DNA of 64,000 bases from an uncultured bacterium (GCA_963826535.1 CAWGXL010000011.1:384809-448808), one strand, 5' to 3'. Positions 19,938 through 30,105 are shown, counted from the first letter of the stretch. Numbers and translations: made by a program. Notes: generated by a model from the letters alone, not told the origin.

Positions 19938-20531
19938 ATGAGCGATAATGAAGGGGGTTATGAGGCGTTTCCAACTTATACTACGAGGTCAAGAAATGGT
20001 AATCGTTTTTTTCTGGTTTTTATCATAATTTTTGTATTGGCTGCGATTATACTTGGGGGATTATACTTTCTTGGTTCTTCAGAGAATTCTTCAAAGGAGA
20101 ATTCAATAGTAGTTAGGCCTACGTCGAAAATAGAAGCAACAGCAACTCCTTTGCCTACATCCTCAGCATCTGCTGTATTGACAGTTAGTGTGACGGGAGT
20201 ATTGACGCCTGCGGCAAAAATTTCATCTGTTGATGGGACGACGAAGCTAGATAGAAGTAAATTGGCAGTTGCTGTTCTTAATGGAAGCGGTGTGGCAGGA
20301 GCGGCGCTTGGGGTGTCAAATTATCTGGAAGGGCTGGGTTATAATATTGTTAAGGTGGATAATGCAAACGCATTTACTTATACTAATTTGACTGTTCAAG
20401 TAAAGAAAAGTAAGAGCGGTTATGCGGGGTTACTTAAGAAAGATCTAGAGGCAAATCCTGAATTAGCCAGTGTATCGGCGAGTATATCTGATGATATATC
20501 TAATGAAGCGGAAGTGATAGTTGGAAAATAA
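19938..20531 (+). CDS. LytR_C domain-containing membrane-anchored protein
   Basis: N-terminal TM; C-terminal AVLNGSGVAGAALGVSNYLEGLGYNIVKVDNA is typical of LytR C-terminal domains. Confidence 0.5.
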   Translation: MSDNEGGYEAFPTYTTRSRNGNRFFLVFIIIFVLAAIILGGLYFLGSSENSSKENSIVVRPTSKIEATATPLPTSSASAVLTVSVTGVLTPAAKISSVDGTTKLDRSKLAVAVLNGSGVAGAALGVSNYLEGLGYNIVKVDNANAFTYTNLTVQVKKSKSGYAGLLKKDLEANPELASVSASISDDISNEAEVIVGK

Positions 20532-20650
20532 ACTCGAAATTCGAATATCGAAATCCGAAACAATGACAGAAATATAAATGACCAAATGATCAAAACGTTT
20601 TTGGCATTTTGTATTTAGAACATTTGAATTTGTTTCGAATTTCGTGCTTT
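20531..20650. repeat. AT-rich palindromic intergenic element (copy 2; arms CGAAATTCGAATATCGAAATCCGAAACA / inverted, centre CAAAACGTTTTTG)
   Basis: The left arm and the reverse-complemented right arm match each other and also match copy 1. Confidence 0.45.
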
Positions 20651-20669
20651 GATATTCGGATTTTTGTTT

Positions 20670-21182
20670 ATGAAGATCTATTTAGCTACTGATCATACAG
20701 GTTTAAAACTTAAGGATAAAGTTAAAGAATTTTTACAAAAAGAAGGCTATGAGGTTGAAGATTGCGGGGCATTTAAATATGATAAGGATGATGACTACCC
20801 GGATTTTATAAATAAGGCGGCGGAAGGCGTATCGATTGACCCGGAGAATACAAGAGGAATTATTTTTGGAGGATCAGGACAGGGGGAGGCTATGGTAGCT
20901 AATAAATCAAAAAATGTGCGCTGCGCGTTATTTTATACGCCTGCCATTGCGACACAAACTATTAATATAGAAGGATCGAAAAGTACAGACCCTTTTGAAA
21001 TGATAAAACTGACTCGGGAGCATAATGGTGCTAATATGCTTTCGATCGGTTTCCGATTTGTAAAAGAAGCTGATGTGATGAAAGCAATTAAGTTTTGGCT
21101 ATCAGCGCCGGATCCAACTAGCGAACGACATAAAAGACGCATTAAGAAGATAAGCGAAATAGAAAGGAAAAAAAATGTTTGA
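20670..21182 (+). CDS. rpiB: ribose-5-phosphate isomerase B
   Basis: MKIYLATDHTGLKLK...GIIFGGSGQGEAMVANK, RpiB/LacAB family. Confidence 0.8.
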   Translation: MKIYLATDHTGLKLKDKVKEFLQKEGYEVEDCGAFKYDKDDDYPDFINKAAEGVSIDPENTRGIIFGGSGQGEAMVANKSKNVRCALFYTPAIATQTINIEGSKSTDPFEMIKLTREHNGANMLSIGFRFVKEADVMKAIKFWLSAPDPTSERHKRRIKKISEIERKKNV

Positions 21183-21822
21183 GATTTTACCCGGAATATT
21201 AGAAAAAGATTGGAATGAAATTGAGCGTAAGCTTGAGATCTATAAGCCATTTGCAAAGAGCGTGCATATTGATTTGCTTGATGGGAAATTCGCGCCGAAT
21301 ACTACTTTTCTTGACCCGGCTCCATATGCGAAATATAGTAAACATTTTTTACTTGAACTGCATATGATGGTTGAGGATCCGATTAAATATTTAAAGCCTT
21401 TTGCAGATGCGGGATTTCAGAGATTTATCGGGCATGTGGAGAAAATGCCGGACCAGGTTGAATTTGTGGCGGCAGCGGAATTGCTGGGAGGTGTTGGACT
21501 CGGGATTGATGCGGATACTGCGATTGACGGGATAAAGGTGCCGCTGGACGATTTGGATAGTATTTTGGTTATGACGGTTAAGGCAGGTCACTCGGGGCAA
21601 AGTTTTATGGAAAAGAATTTGGAGAAAGTGAAACAGCTGGCGCTCAAGACGATAGTACCAATAGAAGTTGATGGAGGGGTTAATGAGTCGACTATTAATG
21701 CCGGTTGCGCTGCAGGTGCGACGAGGTTTGTGGCGACGAGTTTCATTTTTGGCGGGGTGTCGCCAGAGCGACAATATGAGCTTCTTAAAGTGCATACACA
21801 GTCTTTCCAAAAAGGATCTTAG
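21175..21822 (+). CDS. rpe: ribulose-phosphate 3-epimerase
   Basis: VHIDLLDGKFAPN and the TIM-barrel Rpe pattern; overlaps the rpiB stop. Confidence 0.75.
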   Translation: MFEILPGILEKDWNEIERKLEIYKPFAKSVHIDLLDGKFAPNTTFLDPAPYAKYSKHFLLELHMMVEDPIKYLKPFADAGFQRFIGHVEKMPDQVEFVAAAELLGGVGLGIDADTAIDGIKVPLDDLDSILVMTVKAGHSGQSFMEKNLEKVKQLALKTIVPIEVDGGVNESTINAGCAAGATRFVATSFIFGGVSPERQYELLKVHTQSFQKGS

Positions 21823-21838
21823 GAAGTAAAGCCTGCGT

Positions 21839-24073
21839 TTAGTTATTTATCCTAAGCCTATTCTCTCTCATTGGCTGAGGAGTAAAAGTATTATTAATTG
21901 TTGGTCTGCAATCAGGGGTGTTCTCAGTTCCTTTGAGGAAGTATTCAACTTTTCCATTACATACTTTTTGAATTATTTCAGGTGGAGGATTTGGTTTGGT
22001 TGTGGGGGTAACCCCTAATAAGTTTTCCATTATTTTATGCCAAATTGGGGCGGCGCCGGTGATGCCGGATGCGAGGTTGGGACTCATGGGGGTGTTGTCA
22101 TTGTTGCCTACCCAGACGATGACTACGTAGTTATCGGTGTAGCCATTTGTCCAATTGTCTTTTTTGTAATCGGTCGTTCCAGTTTTTACGGATACGGTAT
22201 GCCCAGGTATATTTAGAGGCGAATTGGGGCCAAATGCATTGCTTCTTGCTTGATTGTCTGCCAGGATATCGGATAGGATAAACGCAACTCCTTTTTTGAG
22301 TACCTGTTGCGGGTGTACCTGTGTTTTTTCTTCAAGTACGTTGTTTCTGGAATCGGTGATTTTAAGCACAGGACTTAGGTTAACACGATTGCCATCATTG
22401 GCCAGGGTTCCGTAAACTGAAGCCAAATCCAGCATGGTTACTTCAGCTGCGCCAAGGGTTATGGATAGTCCATAGTTTTTAGGATCATCCCAAGTTGTTA
22501 TTCCCATTTTTTTTCCTAAATTTACCATGGAAGGCACTCCTATTTGGTTTAGGGTTTTAACTGCCGGAATATTAAATGAACTCGCGAGGGCAATGCGAAG
22601 CGGTACTTTGCCGTGATATTTTCCGTCGTAATTTACCGGTGAATAGGGTGTAGTATAATTTGGGAAGGTCACGGGGGTGTCTTCGAGAATAGAGGCGGCT
22701 GTGAATCCGTGTTCCAGAGCGGCTGCGTAAGTTACAACTTTTATTGATGATCCAGGTTGACGGAGGGACGCGGTGACATTGAAATTGCCGCCGTTTGGAT
22801 CGTGCCAATCACGGCTTCCGATCATGGCGATTATGTCACCGTTTTTGGGATCGGTGATAAGTACCGCTCCATTTGTGAGGTTGAGATAAGCATTGTTGTC
22901 AACTTCTTCTTTGACTATTTTTTCTGCCATTTGTTGGGTTTTGAGATCAAGTGAAGTCGTAATATTGAGGCCTCCCTTTTCAAGCATGGGCAGTCCGTAT
23001 TTTTGACTAATTTGATCTTTGATATAGGCCACAAAATGAGGTGCATGGATCGCAGTTGGTTGCTTTTTGAAATTTAACTGTTCTTTTTCCGCATTTTGGG
23101 ATTGAATTTTGGAGATGTAGTTCAGCTCGACCATTTTCGAGAGTACTTCTTTTTGTCTTTGCTTCCAGAGATTGGGGTTGCTACCGAAGGGAGAATAAAT
23201 TGTGGGCGCCGTGGTGAGTCCAGCAAGAAACGCGCTTTGGGCGAGATCAAGTTCTTTGGCAGGTTTGTCAAAATAGGTTTGGCTACCCGCTTCGATACCC
23301 CAGGCTGTTCCGCCATAAGGCACCTGATTGAAATACATTTCGAGAATTTGATTTTTGGTATAGATGCGTTCTGCCCAATATGCAAGAATCAGTTCTTTAG
23401 ATTTGCGTACGAGATTTTTTTCGGGAGTGAGAATGGAAGACTTGATCAGCTGTTGAGTGATAGTTGATCCGCCCTGGATTTTTCCTCCGGATAGATTTAC
23501 CCTAATGGCACGGATTATTGAGGGAATGTCAAAGCCGGGGTGTTTGTAAAAATTTTTATCTTCTATTGCCAGAGTTGCTTCTTGTAAATGATTAGGAATA
23601 TCGGATAGGGGTATAAGGGTTCTATTTTGTGAAGCATATATTTGGACGAGAAGTATTCCATTTTTATCAAATATTTTGGTGGTTTGCGGAATTTGACGTA
23701 GTGTTAGTTCATTTGGATTGGGGAGGTCTTGCAGAAAGATAAGAATAGTTGCGGGAAGAAAAAAAAATATGAGCGAGATGACGATGCCCGCGGCGAGGTA
23801 TTTGAGTTTGGACCGGAATGAGACGCGAGTGACAGGGAGTTTTTTTCGTTTGAATATTACTTTTGGCTTCCGCCTGTCGGCGGTTCTACGGTGTGCATCT
23901 ATGAATTTTTTAAAATAGAGATAATTATTTTTTAGATTTTTAATCCACTGAATATATTTTTTGCGGGATTTTTTAGGGAGTTTTTTAGTAAAAGAAATTA
24001 TTGCTCTTATTCCGTCTTCAATTTTTAGGAGGAAAACCAGCATGATAAATAACACGTGCAAAATTATTCGCAT
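21839..24073 (-). CDS. penicillin-binding protein 1A (bifunctional glycosyltransferase/transpeptidase)
   Basis: GT51 motifs (EDKNFYKHPGFD, GGSTITQQL) and transpeptidase motifs (SxxK: SSIK; KTGTT). Confidence 0.85.
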   Translation of the reverse strand: MRIILHVLFIMLVFLLKIEDGIRAIISFTKKLPKKSRKKYIQWIKNLKNNYLYFKKFIDAHRRTADRRKPKVIFKRKKLPVTRVSFRSKLKYLAAGIVISLIFFFLPATILIFLQDLPNPNELTLRQIPQTTKIFDKNGILLVQIYASQNRTLIPLSDIPNHLQEATLAIEDKNFYKHPGFDIPSIIRAIRVNLSGGKIQGGSTITQQLIKSSILTPEKNLVRKSKELILAYWAERIYTKNQILEMYFNQVPYGGTAWGIEAGSQTYFDKPAKELDLAQSAFLAGLTTAPTIYSPFGSNPNLWKQRQKEVLSKMVELNYISKIQSQNAEKEQLNFKKQPTAIHAPHFVAYIKDQISQKYGLPMLEKGGLNITTSLDLKTQQMAEKIVKEEVDNNAYLNLTNGAVLITDPKNGDIIAMIGSRDWHDPNGGNFNVTASLRQPGSSIKVVTYAAALEHGFTAASILEDTPVTFPNYTTPYSPVNYDGKYHGKVPLRIALASSFNIPAVKTLNQIGVPSMVNLGKKMGITTWDDPKNYGLSITLGAAEVTMLDLASVYGTLANDGNRVNLSPVLKITDSRNNVLEEKTQVHPQQVLKKGVAFILSDILADNQARSNAFGPNSPLNIPGHTVSVKTGTTDYKKDNWTNGYTDNYVVIVWVGNNDNTPMSPNLASGITGAAPIWHKIMENLLGVTPTTKPNPPPEIIQKVCNGKVEYFLKGTENTPDCRPTINNTFTPQPMRENRLRINN

Positions 24074-24160
24074 ATTTTTTAAAGGGAGTTTGGCAAGATT
24101 ATACTAAAGGGGTGGGGGATTGGAAAGGGCTATTTTTCTACACTTTCATTACGAAAATTT

Positions 24161-24394
24161 TCAGTACTGAGGTTTAGTTGATGCGGTGGGGGTTAATTCT
24201 GCTTCGATGGAGCTGGTTAGGATTTTGGGTTTTCCTATCAGGATAAGAGTGAGGATTGAGAGGATGACGATGATGGCAATCAATATCAAAGTAAAAATAA
24301 GGGTTTTTTTGCCTGATTCGCGGCTGTATTTTTTAAGACTCTGCGGGATGGGTAATTGAGACTCTTTGGACATATTTTTATCATATATGAACAA
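24161..24394 (-). CDS. small single-TM protein
   Basis: 77-aa ORF between the two PBP genes with one hydrophobic helix. Confidence 0.35.
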   Translation of the reverse strand: MFIYDKNMSKESQLPIPQSLKKYSRESGKKTLIFTLILIAIIVILSILTLILIGKPKILTSSIEAELTPTASTKPQY

Positions 24395-24425
24395 ATCTCA
24401 AATCTCAAATGTCAAAGCTATAATT

Positions 24426-26618
24426 TTAGGGTTTAGGGGTGGGGGTAGGGACGGGGCAGCTGGCGCAAAATTTGTTTCCGAGCGGATCGGTTATCACGTA
24501 TTCCTCTCTGGATTCAACGTTTTCAGTCTGTCCGTCTTTGGCTAAGTTGTTAGTGGATTTATCAATCCAGACCGATGTTTTGGCCGGGCCTGTTGTTTTG
24601 GGCTCAGTTCCTTTTACAAAATATTCGAGGCGGGTGGGGCAGCGATTTGCTGGGTCTGCCTGGGGGAGGAAGCCTGTATTGGAGCAGACAGATTTGGTTA
24701 CAACGTCAGTTGGTTTGGCCGGGTTTCTGGGCTCTTTGCCCTCCAACATATGCGTCATAAGTTTGTTCCAGATAGGGGCTGCTCCTGTAAGGCCTGAGAC
24801 AAGTCCGGTCATGGGGGTACGGTCGTTATTTCCGACCCATACGGAAACAACATATTGCGGAGTGTAGCCAATTGTCCAATTGTCTTTGTAATCATTGGTT
24901 GTTCCGGTTTTGACAGATACAAATTTTTTGCCTATTTTTAATTCTGAGTTTGGACCGAATGCCTCTTGTCTTGCATTGTTGTCGGCAAGAATATCAGAGA
25001 TGATCCAGGCGACTGCGGACGGGAGCACTTTTATCCCAAAGATCGGGCTTTTGGGAGGTTTATATTCTTCCAAAGTTTTACCATTTCGATCTGTTACTTT
25101 GAGGATAGGGTGCAGATCGACTCGATATCCTTGATTTGCAAATACTCCAAAGGCAGTTGTCATGTCAATCATTGTAACTTCACCTCCACCCAGAGTTAAT
25201 GATAACCCGTACCGGCTTGGGTCTTTAAATGACCTAATCCCCATGCTTGACGCGGTCGCAATCATGGACTCCAGGGTGTTGATCTTGAGCATTTCGACGG
25301 CGGGGATATTGAATGAGTTAGCTAAAGCATAGCGCATTTGGACAACACCATGGAAGCGGCCATCATAGTTGCGCGGGCAATACTTGACTGTGCCGGGGCT
25401 TGAGAAGCATAACGCTGTGTCAATAAAGGGAGTTGCAGCAGTATAGCCTTTTAGTAATCCAACAGCATAATTTATGGGTTTGATCGAGGATCCAGGTTGA
25501 AGCTGCTGAGCAGTCATATTCATATTTCCATCTTTGGGATCGTACCAATCTTTACTGCCAATCATTGCCAAGATTTCTCCAGTCGCGGGACTGGCGATAA
25601 GAGCAGCGCCATTGCCAACTTTATTCTGTTTTAATTTTGCTACTTCTGAAGCAACGACTAGTTGGGCAAATTCCTGGAGATCGAGGTCCAGACTTGTATA
25701 CACTTTCAACCCCCCTTGTTCTACAATATTTTCTCCATATTTATTTTGCAGGAGATCTCTTACGTAAAACACAAAATGGGGTGCTTTTATGGGATTGGTG
25801 ATTTTTTGGAATTGCAGTTCTTCGGCTGCAGCTTTATCGCGTTCTGTTTTATTGATATATCCCTGTTCAAACATTTTTTTTAGAATTTCTTTTTGTCTTT
25901 TTTTGCCGAGTTCGGGATGAGAGCCTAAAGGGGAGTATGTGCTAGGTGCTTCAGGAAGACCGGCTAAGTAGGCTTGCTGAGCAAGAGAAATGTTTTTTAC
26001 AGGTTTGCCGAAATAGGTTTGGGCTGCAGCTTCAACTCCGTACGAAGTTCCACCGTAAGGTACCTGATTGAGATACATTTCCAGGATTTCGTTTTTTGTG
26101 TACATGAATTCAACAACTACACTCAAAGCCAGTTCTTTGATCTTTCGAGTGAGAGTACGTTCAGGGGTTAGCAGTCCGTTTTTAACCAATTGCTGAGTCA
26201 GCGTAGAACCTCCTTGCAGCGTTTTCTGAAAGACGGTTGAATAGAATGCCCGAATAATTCCGCGAATGTCGACTGCGCCATGTTTATAGAAGTCTTTATC
26301 TTCGATGGCAATAGTTGCAAGTTGCAAGGTTTTGGGGATTTTTTCCAGCGGCATAAAGGTTTGGTTACGATTTGCGTAGATTGTATAGAGATGTGTTCCA
26401 TTTCTATCATAAATTTGGGTAGAATATGATACAGTAGTATTGCCTAACTTTGTCGGGGAGGGTAGGTCTTTGAGGAAGTAAAAGTAAAATGCTGTAGCAA
26501 CTATGACTGCGAGAATGCTGAGCAAAATAATACCAATTAATAGCCTTTTTCCTAAAAGATACATTTTTAGGAGTTTTGGTTTTTTTATAATTTTTTTATA
26601 GTGTTTAATTGTTGACAT
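24426..26618 (-). CDS. penicillin-binding protein 1A paralog
   Basis: EDKDFYKHGAVD, GGSTLTQQL, SSIK, KTGTT; a paralog of the adjacent gene. Confidence 0.85.
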   Translation of the reverse strand: MSTIKHYKKIIKKPKLLKMYLLGKRLLIGIILLSILAVIVATAFYFYFLKDLPSPTKLGNTTVSYSTQIYDRNGTHLYTIYANRNQTFMPLEKIPKTLQLATIAIEDKDFYKHGAVDIRGIIRAFYSTVFQKTLQGGSTLTQQLVKNGLLTPERTLTRKIKELALSVVVEFMYTKNEILEMYLNQVPYGGTSYGVEAAAQTYFGKPVKNISLAQQAYLAGLPEAPSTYSPLGSHPELGKKRQKEILKKMFEQGYINKTERDKAAAEELQFQKITNPIKAPHFVFYVRDLLQNKYGENIVEQGGLKVYTSLDLDLQEFAQLVVASEVAKLKQNKVGNGAALIASPATGEILAMIGSKDWYDPKDGNMNMTAQQLQPGSSIKPINYAVGLLKGYTAATPFIDTALCFSSPGTVKYCPRNYDGRFHGVVQMRYALANSFNIPAVEMLKINTLESMIATASSMGIRSFKDPSRYGLSLTLGGGEVTMIDMTTAFGVFANQGYRVDLHPILKVTDRNGKTLEEYKPPKSPIFGIKVLPSAVAWIISDILADNNARQEAFGPNSELKIGKKFVSVKTGTTNDYKDNWTIGYTPQYVVSVWVGNNDRTPMTGLVSGLTGAAPIWNKLMTHMLEGKEPRNPAKPTDVVTKSVCSNTGFLPQADPANRCPTRLEYFVKGTEPKTTGPAKTSVWIDKSTNNLAKDGQTENVESREEYVITDPLGNKFCASCPVPTPTPKP

Positions 26619-26733
26619 TGGAATAATAGTTTAGGATTACTGCAAAAATTTTATGCACTTACCCTTATGAATATTATAGATTGTTTTATTTTATCATGAA
26701 TTTATTATAATAGTGTGGGGCTTAGAATAAATT

Positions 26734-27780
26734 ATGCCGGACTTCGCTTTTCTTTTTGCACAAGTTATTAATTTTTTACAGTCACTTTTTCCCGAACTGC
26801 AGATTAATTTGCTGGACGTCATTATAATAATTGTCATAGTTTATTATGCTATAGAGGGATATGCTTTGGGGTTTGTATTGGCTTTTTTTGATCTTTTGAG
26901 TTTTGTTTTTTCTTTTTTTCTAGCACTCAAGTATTATATTTTTGTCGCCGGGGCTTTAACAACTTATTTTTCTATACATATAGGGTTTGCCCATGCTGTT
27001 GGTTTTTTCCTAATTGCTTTTCTTAGCGAGATCATCATAAATATTCTTTTTCGTTATTTACTACGTTATTTGCCCTCAATTCAATCTCCGAGGCGAATTT
27101 TTCAATTTTTCAGAAGCATAGATCATTTTTTGGGGATTCTTCCCGGCATAGCATCTGCTTTTATTGTGCTAGCATTTTTGCTTACGGTTATTGTGTCTCT
27201 TCCGTCCGCACCGCTAATTAAGCGATTGGTAACAGGATCAGAAATAGGTTCGATGCTAATTGCTAATACCTCGATGTTTGAGAGGAGGCTTAATGATGTT
27301 TTCGGAGGGGCGTTGAATGAGTCGCTTACGTATCTTACGGTTAAGCCGGAGAGCGATGAATTCGTTAAGTTGCGTTTCAAGGTTAACGATGGGACTGTTG
27401 AAGTCAGCGCTGAGGAGCAAATGTTGAAGATAGTTAATAGAGAGCGCGAAGCGAATGGATTACAGCCTGTGGAAATGAGCACTCGTCTTAGGACATTAGC
27501 AAGGAGTCATTCCCTGGATATGTTACAGCGAGGATATTTTTCACATTATACGCCTGATGGATTGTCACCGTTTGACCGAATGGACAGCGCAGGTATCGAG
27601 TATGCCTATGCAGGAGAAAATTTGGCTTTGGCTCCAAGTACGGAGCTGGCAATGCAGGGGCTTATGGATAGCCCGGGGCACAGGGCAAATATCCTGAATC
27701 CGAATTTTAATAAAATTGGCATTGGGGCGATTGATGGGGGGATATATGGGATTATGTTCTCGCAGGAGTTTACTAATTAA
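26734..27780 (+). CDS. CvpA-like membrane domain fused to CAP/SCP (PR-1-like) domain
   Basis: N-terminal 4-5 TM segments (CvpA-like); C-terminal ...YAGENLA...GHRANILNPNFNKIGIGA is typical of CAP domains. Confidence 0.55.
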   Translation: MPDFAFLFAQVINFLQSLFPELQINLLDVIIIIVIVYYAIEGYALGFVLAFFDLLSFVFSFFLALKYYIFVAGALTTYFSIHIGFAHAVGFFLIAFLSEIIINILFRYLLRYLPSIQSPRRIFQFFRSIDHFLGILPGIASAFIVLAFLLTVIVSLPSAPLIKRLVTGSEIGSMLIANTSMFERRLNDVFGGALNESLTYLTVKPESDEFVKLRFKVNDGTVEVSAEEQMLKIVNREREANGLQPVEMSTRLRTLARSHSLDMLQRGYFSHYTPDGLSPFDRMDSAGIEYAYAGENLALAPSTELAMQGLMDSPGHRANILNPNFNKIGIGAIDGGIYGIMFSQEFTN

Positions 27781-27804
27781 GACGTAAGACGTATGATTTG
27801 ATTC

Positions 27805-28464
27805 TTATTCTTTAATTTCTTCGAAAGTGGCGAGGTTGTAGAATTGGGGGTCGGAGTGGAGGATGAGGTCTTTGGGAGATTTTAGTCTGTCAATATTTAT
27901 AATGCCATTTAGGTGATCGATTTCGTGTTGAAAGACTCGATTGAGCATTTTGTTTGCAGGCGTGTTGTCTTTTGTAGACCAAAATTGCAATTCTCCCATT
28001 TCATCGAAATATTCAAATTCAATCCAGGAAGGACGGATGACTGGTGCGATAATAGGAGTTGTACTCATGTACATCTCGGGGTATTTTAATAACGATCGCG
28101 ACCGTTTGGTAATTTTGGGATTGATGATGGTTAAAAGTTGGTCGGGGGCATAGGTAATACTGAGGGCTTCGGGAATACCAATCTGGATGGCGGCGATGCC
28201 ACGTCCCATACCAGTAATTTTTCGGTATTTGAGCAGGCAATTTTTTAGGTAGTTAATTTTTGCTTTGAAAACTTTTGAAGTTATGTCTTTTCTAAGCACT
28301 ATTTTTGAGGGTTGGCGGAGAATCGGTGATTCGTCGAGTTGGTAAATGAATTGGGAGGTTTGGGTGAGTTGGGTGAAGTCTTGTTTTTTAAATTTTTTGT
28401 GCGGGGGTGGGGTGGGTTGCCAGTTTTGCATAGATTGGAGTATAGCATAGTTGACTGCAGGCAT
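27805..28464 (-). CDS. def: peptide deformylase
   Basis: GIAAIQIGIP, the EGCLS-like region and QHEIDHLNG motifs. The N-terminal extension suggests the true start may lie about 10 codons downstream. Confidence 0.8.
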   Translation of the reverse strand: MPAVNYAILQSMQNWQPTPPPHKKFKKQDFTQLTQTSQFIYQLDESPILRQPSKIVLRKDITSKVFKAKINYLKNCLLKYRKITGMGRGIAAIQIGIPEALSITYAPDQLLTIINPKITKRSRSLLKYPEMYMSTTPIIAPVIRPSWIEFEYFDEMGELQFWSTKDNTPANKMLNRVFQHEIDHLNGIINIDRLKSPKDLILHSDPQFYNLATFEEIKE

Positions 28465-28498
28465 AGTATATGTTTTAATGATCTAAAGGAAAATTAGT

Positions 28499-28696
28499 AT
28501 GAAAGCGATAGATTTGAGTAAAGTTCTTAAGCCATATACTGAAGGATGGGTTGCTATAAATACAAAGAACAAAAAAATTGTAGCTTATGCAAAAACTTTT
28601 GAATCTATCTCTAATAAAGTTATAGATAAAAAGGGTATAATTTTGGTGCCTGCATCGAAGAATTATTTCGGTTTTGTTACTTCTATAAATGCGTAA
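28499..28696 (+). CDS. small protein (DUF5678-like GxWVAI motif), first gene of a cassette
   Basis: 65 aa; EGWVAINTKNKKIVAYAKTFESI...GIILVPAS. Its stop overlaps the start of the downstream gene by 8 nt. Confidence 0.5.
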   Translation: MKAIDLSKVLKPYTEGWVAINTKNKKIVAYAKTFESISNKVIDKKGIILVPASKNYFGFVTSINA

Positions 28697-29105
28697 ATAC
28701 CAATACTATCTTCCTGCTCCTAAAGTTTATAAGCCTTGGATTCCGGTAAAAATTGGATATAAGAAAACTAATAAGATAACATATGCTCAGGTTACAGCTC
28801 TGATTGATTCCGGAGCAGATGTTTGTTTTTGTTCGAGAGATATTGCAGATTTTCTTGGGGTTCAAAAAAAACAAAAAGAGAAAAAGATTTTTATAACTGC
28901 AAATAATTCTCCGCTCCCCACATTTCGCGAAACATTGACCTTATTTGTAGGCGGGAGAAATTACGAATGTTCGTTTTATATTTCCGATATGTTACCGAAA
29001 GAAACTCCAATTATACTTGGTCAGTTGGGGTTTTTTGATAAGCATAAAGTTACATTTGATTTGGAGAATGAAGAGATACAAATGAGTTATTACTTGGATA
29101 ATTAG
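28689..29105 (+). CDS. retropepsin-like (clan AA) aspartic protease
   Basis: Active-site motif ALIDSGADVCF (D-S-G-A) and ILGQLGFF; 138 aa, single domain. Confidence 0.6.
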   Translation: MRKYQYYLPAPKVYKPWIPVKIGYKKTNKITYAQVTALIDSGADVCFCSRDIADFLGVQKKQKEKKIFITANNSPLPTFRETLTLFVGGRNYECSFYISDMLPKETPIILGQLGFFDKHKVTFDLENEEIQMSYYLDN

Positions 29106-29155
29106 AATTTAATGGTCAGAGTATTTAAATGATGGTATAATGAGTGTGATTTTGC

Positions 29156-29228
29156 GGGCCAGTAGTTCAGCGGCTAGAACGGGCGTCTTATACACTCCAT
29201 GTCGGAGGTTCGAGTCCTCCCTGGCCCA
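29156..29228 (+). tRNA. tRNA-Ile, anticodon reads UAU
   Basis: GGGCCAG-TA-GTTCAGCGGCTAGAAC-G-GGCGT-CTTATAC-ACTCC-ATGTC-GGAGG-TTCGAGT-CCTCC-CTGGCCC-A; one C:U mismatch in the anticodon stem. Confidence 0.55.
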
Positions 29229-29382
29229 CAAACTGTAATTTGTTATGATAAATAAAGACTTCTTTGGGTTTGTAGCCTGCTTTGCTGGTGTAAAATACCA
29301 TAATGAAACCAGAACTAGACAGAACATTAGGGTTGAGGCTATATGAAGATCGGGATAAAATTAGTAGAATGAAGACAATGAT

Positions 29383-30105
29383 TTGTCTGGCTCAAAAGGT
29401 ATGACTTTACCACTGGCAGTTTTTTGGATAATTATAGTTTCAAATTTTAGTCTAATGGGTGCGTGGTATGCGCGGCGATACAACCGGCCTGACGGGCTGA
29501 TTGCTTTTTATGTGACTTTGGGAGTTTTTGGTAATATTACGGCATCAAAGGCTATTACTTTTGATTTTGGATTTACTGAGCTTTATGCGCCGGCGGCAGT
29601 GTTGTTTTTCTCCGTTACTTTTTTACTGACTGATATAGTGAATGAAAGATTTGGGAGGAGGGAAACGCAGCGAATGATTTTGATCGCGCTTGTCATACAA
29701 TTTGCTGTAGTTCTTTTTTCTTATCTTGTGGTCAATGCGAAAGGCGCGCCATTTTTTCAGAACCAAGCAGCGTTTGAAGCAATACTGGCAAGTGTGCCGC
29801 GTATAACTATAGCTAGTATGATCGCGTTTTTTGTAAGCGAAAATTTTGACGCATATCTATTTCATTGGTTTCGTAAACTTACAGGAGGCAAACATTTATG
29901 GATGCGTAATGCTTTCAGTTCTCTTCCGGCAATGTTTTTGGATAGCGTGATCGTGGTTACTCTTGCGTTTTATGGTCTTATGCCTGTAGTTCCACTAATC
30001 CTAGGTCTGACGGTCACGAAGTGGCTTGTGGGGATTGTAGATATTCCGTTTATGTATCTGGCGCGGGCTGTGCTTGGTAAACGTATAACTACTAGCCTTA
30101 AGTAG
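29383..30105 (+). CDS. queuosine-precursor transporter (YhhQ/VUT, DUF165) family
   Basis: 6-TM protein with the LLTDIVNERFG and FDAYLFHWF motifs characteristic of YhhQ. Confidence 0.55.
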   Translation: MSGSKGMTLPLAVFWIIIVSNFSLMGAWYARRYNRPDGLIAFYVTLGVFGNITASKAITFDFGFTELYAPAAVLFFSVTFLLTDIVNERFGRRETQRMILIALVIQFAVVLFSYLVVNAKGAPFFQNQAAFEAILASVPRITIASMIAFFVSENFDAYLFHWFRKLTGGKHLWMRNAFSSLPAMFLDSVIVVTLAFYGLMPVVPLILGLTVTKWLVGIVDIPFMYLARAVLGKRITTSLK

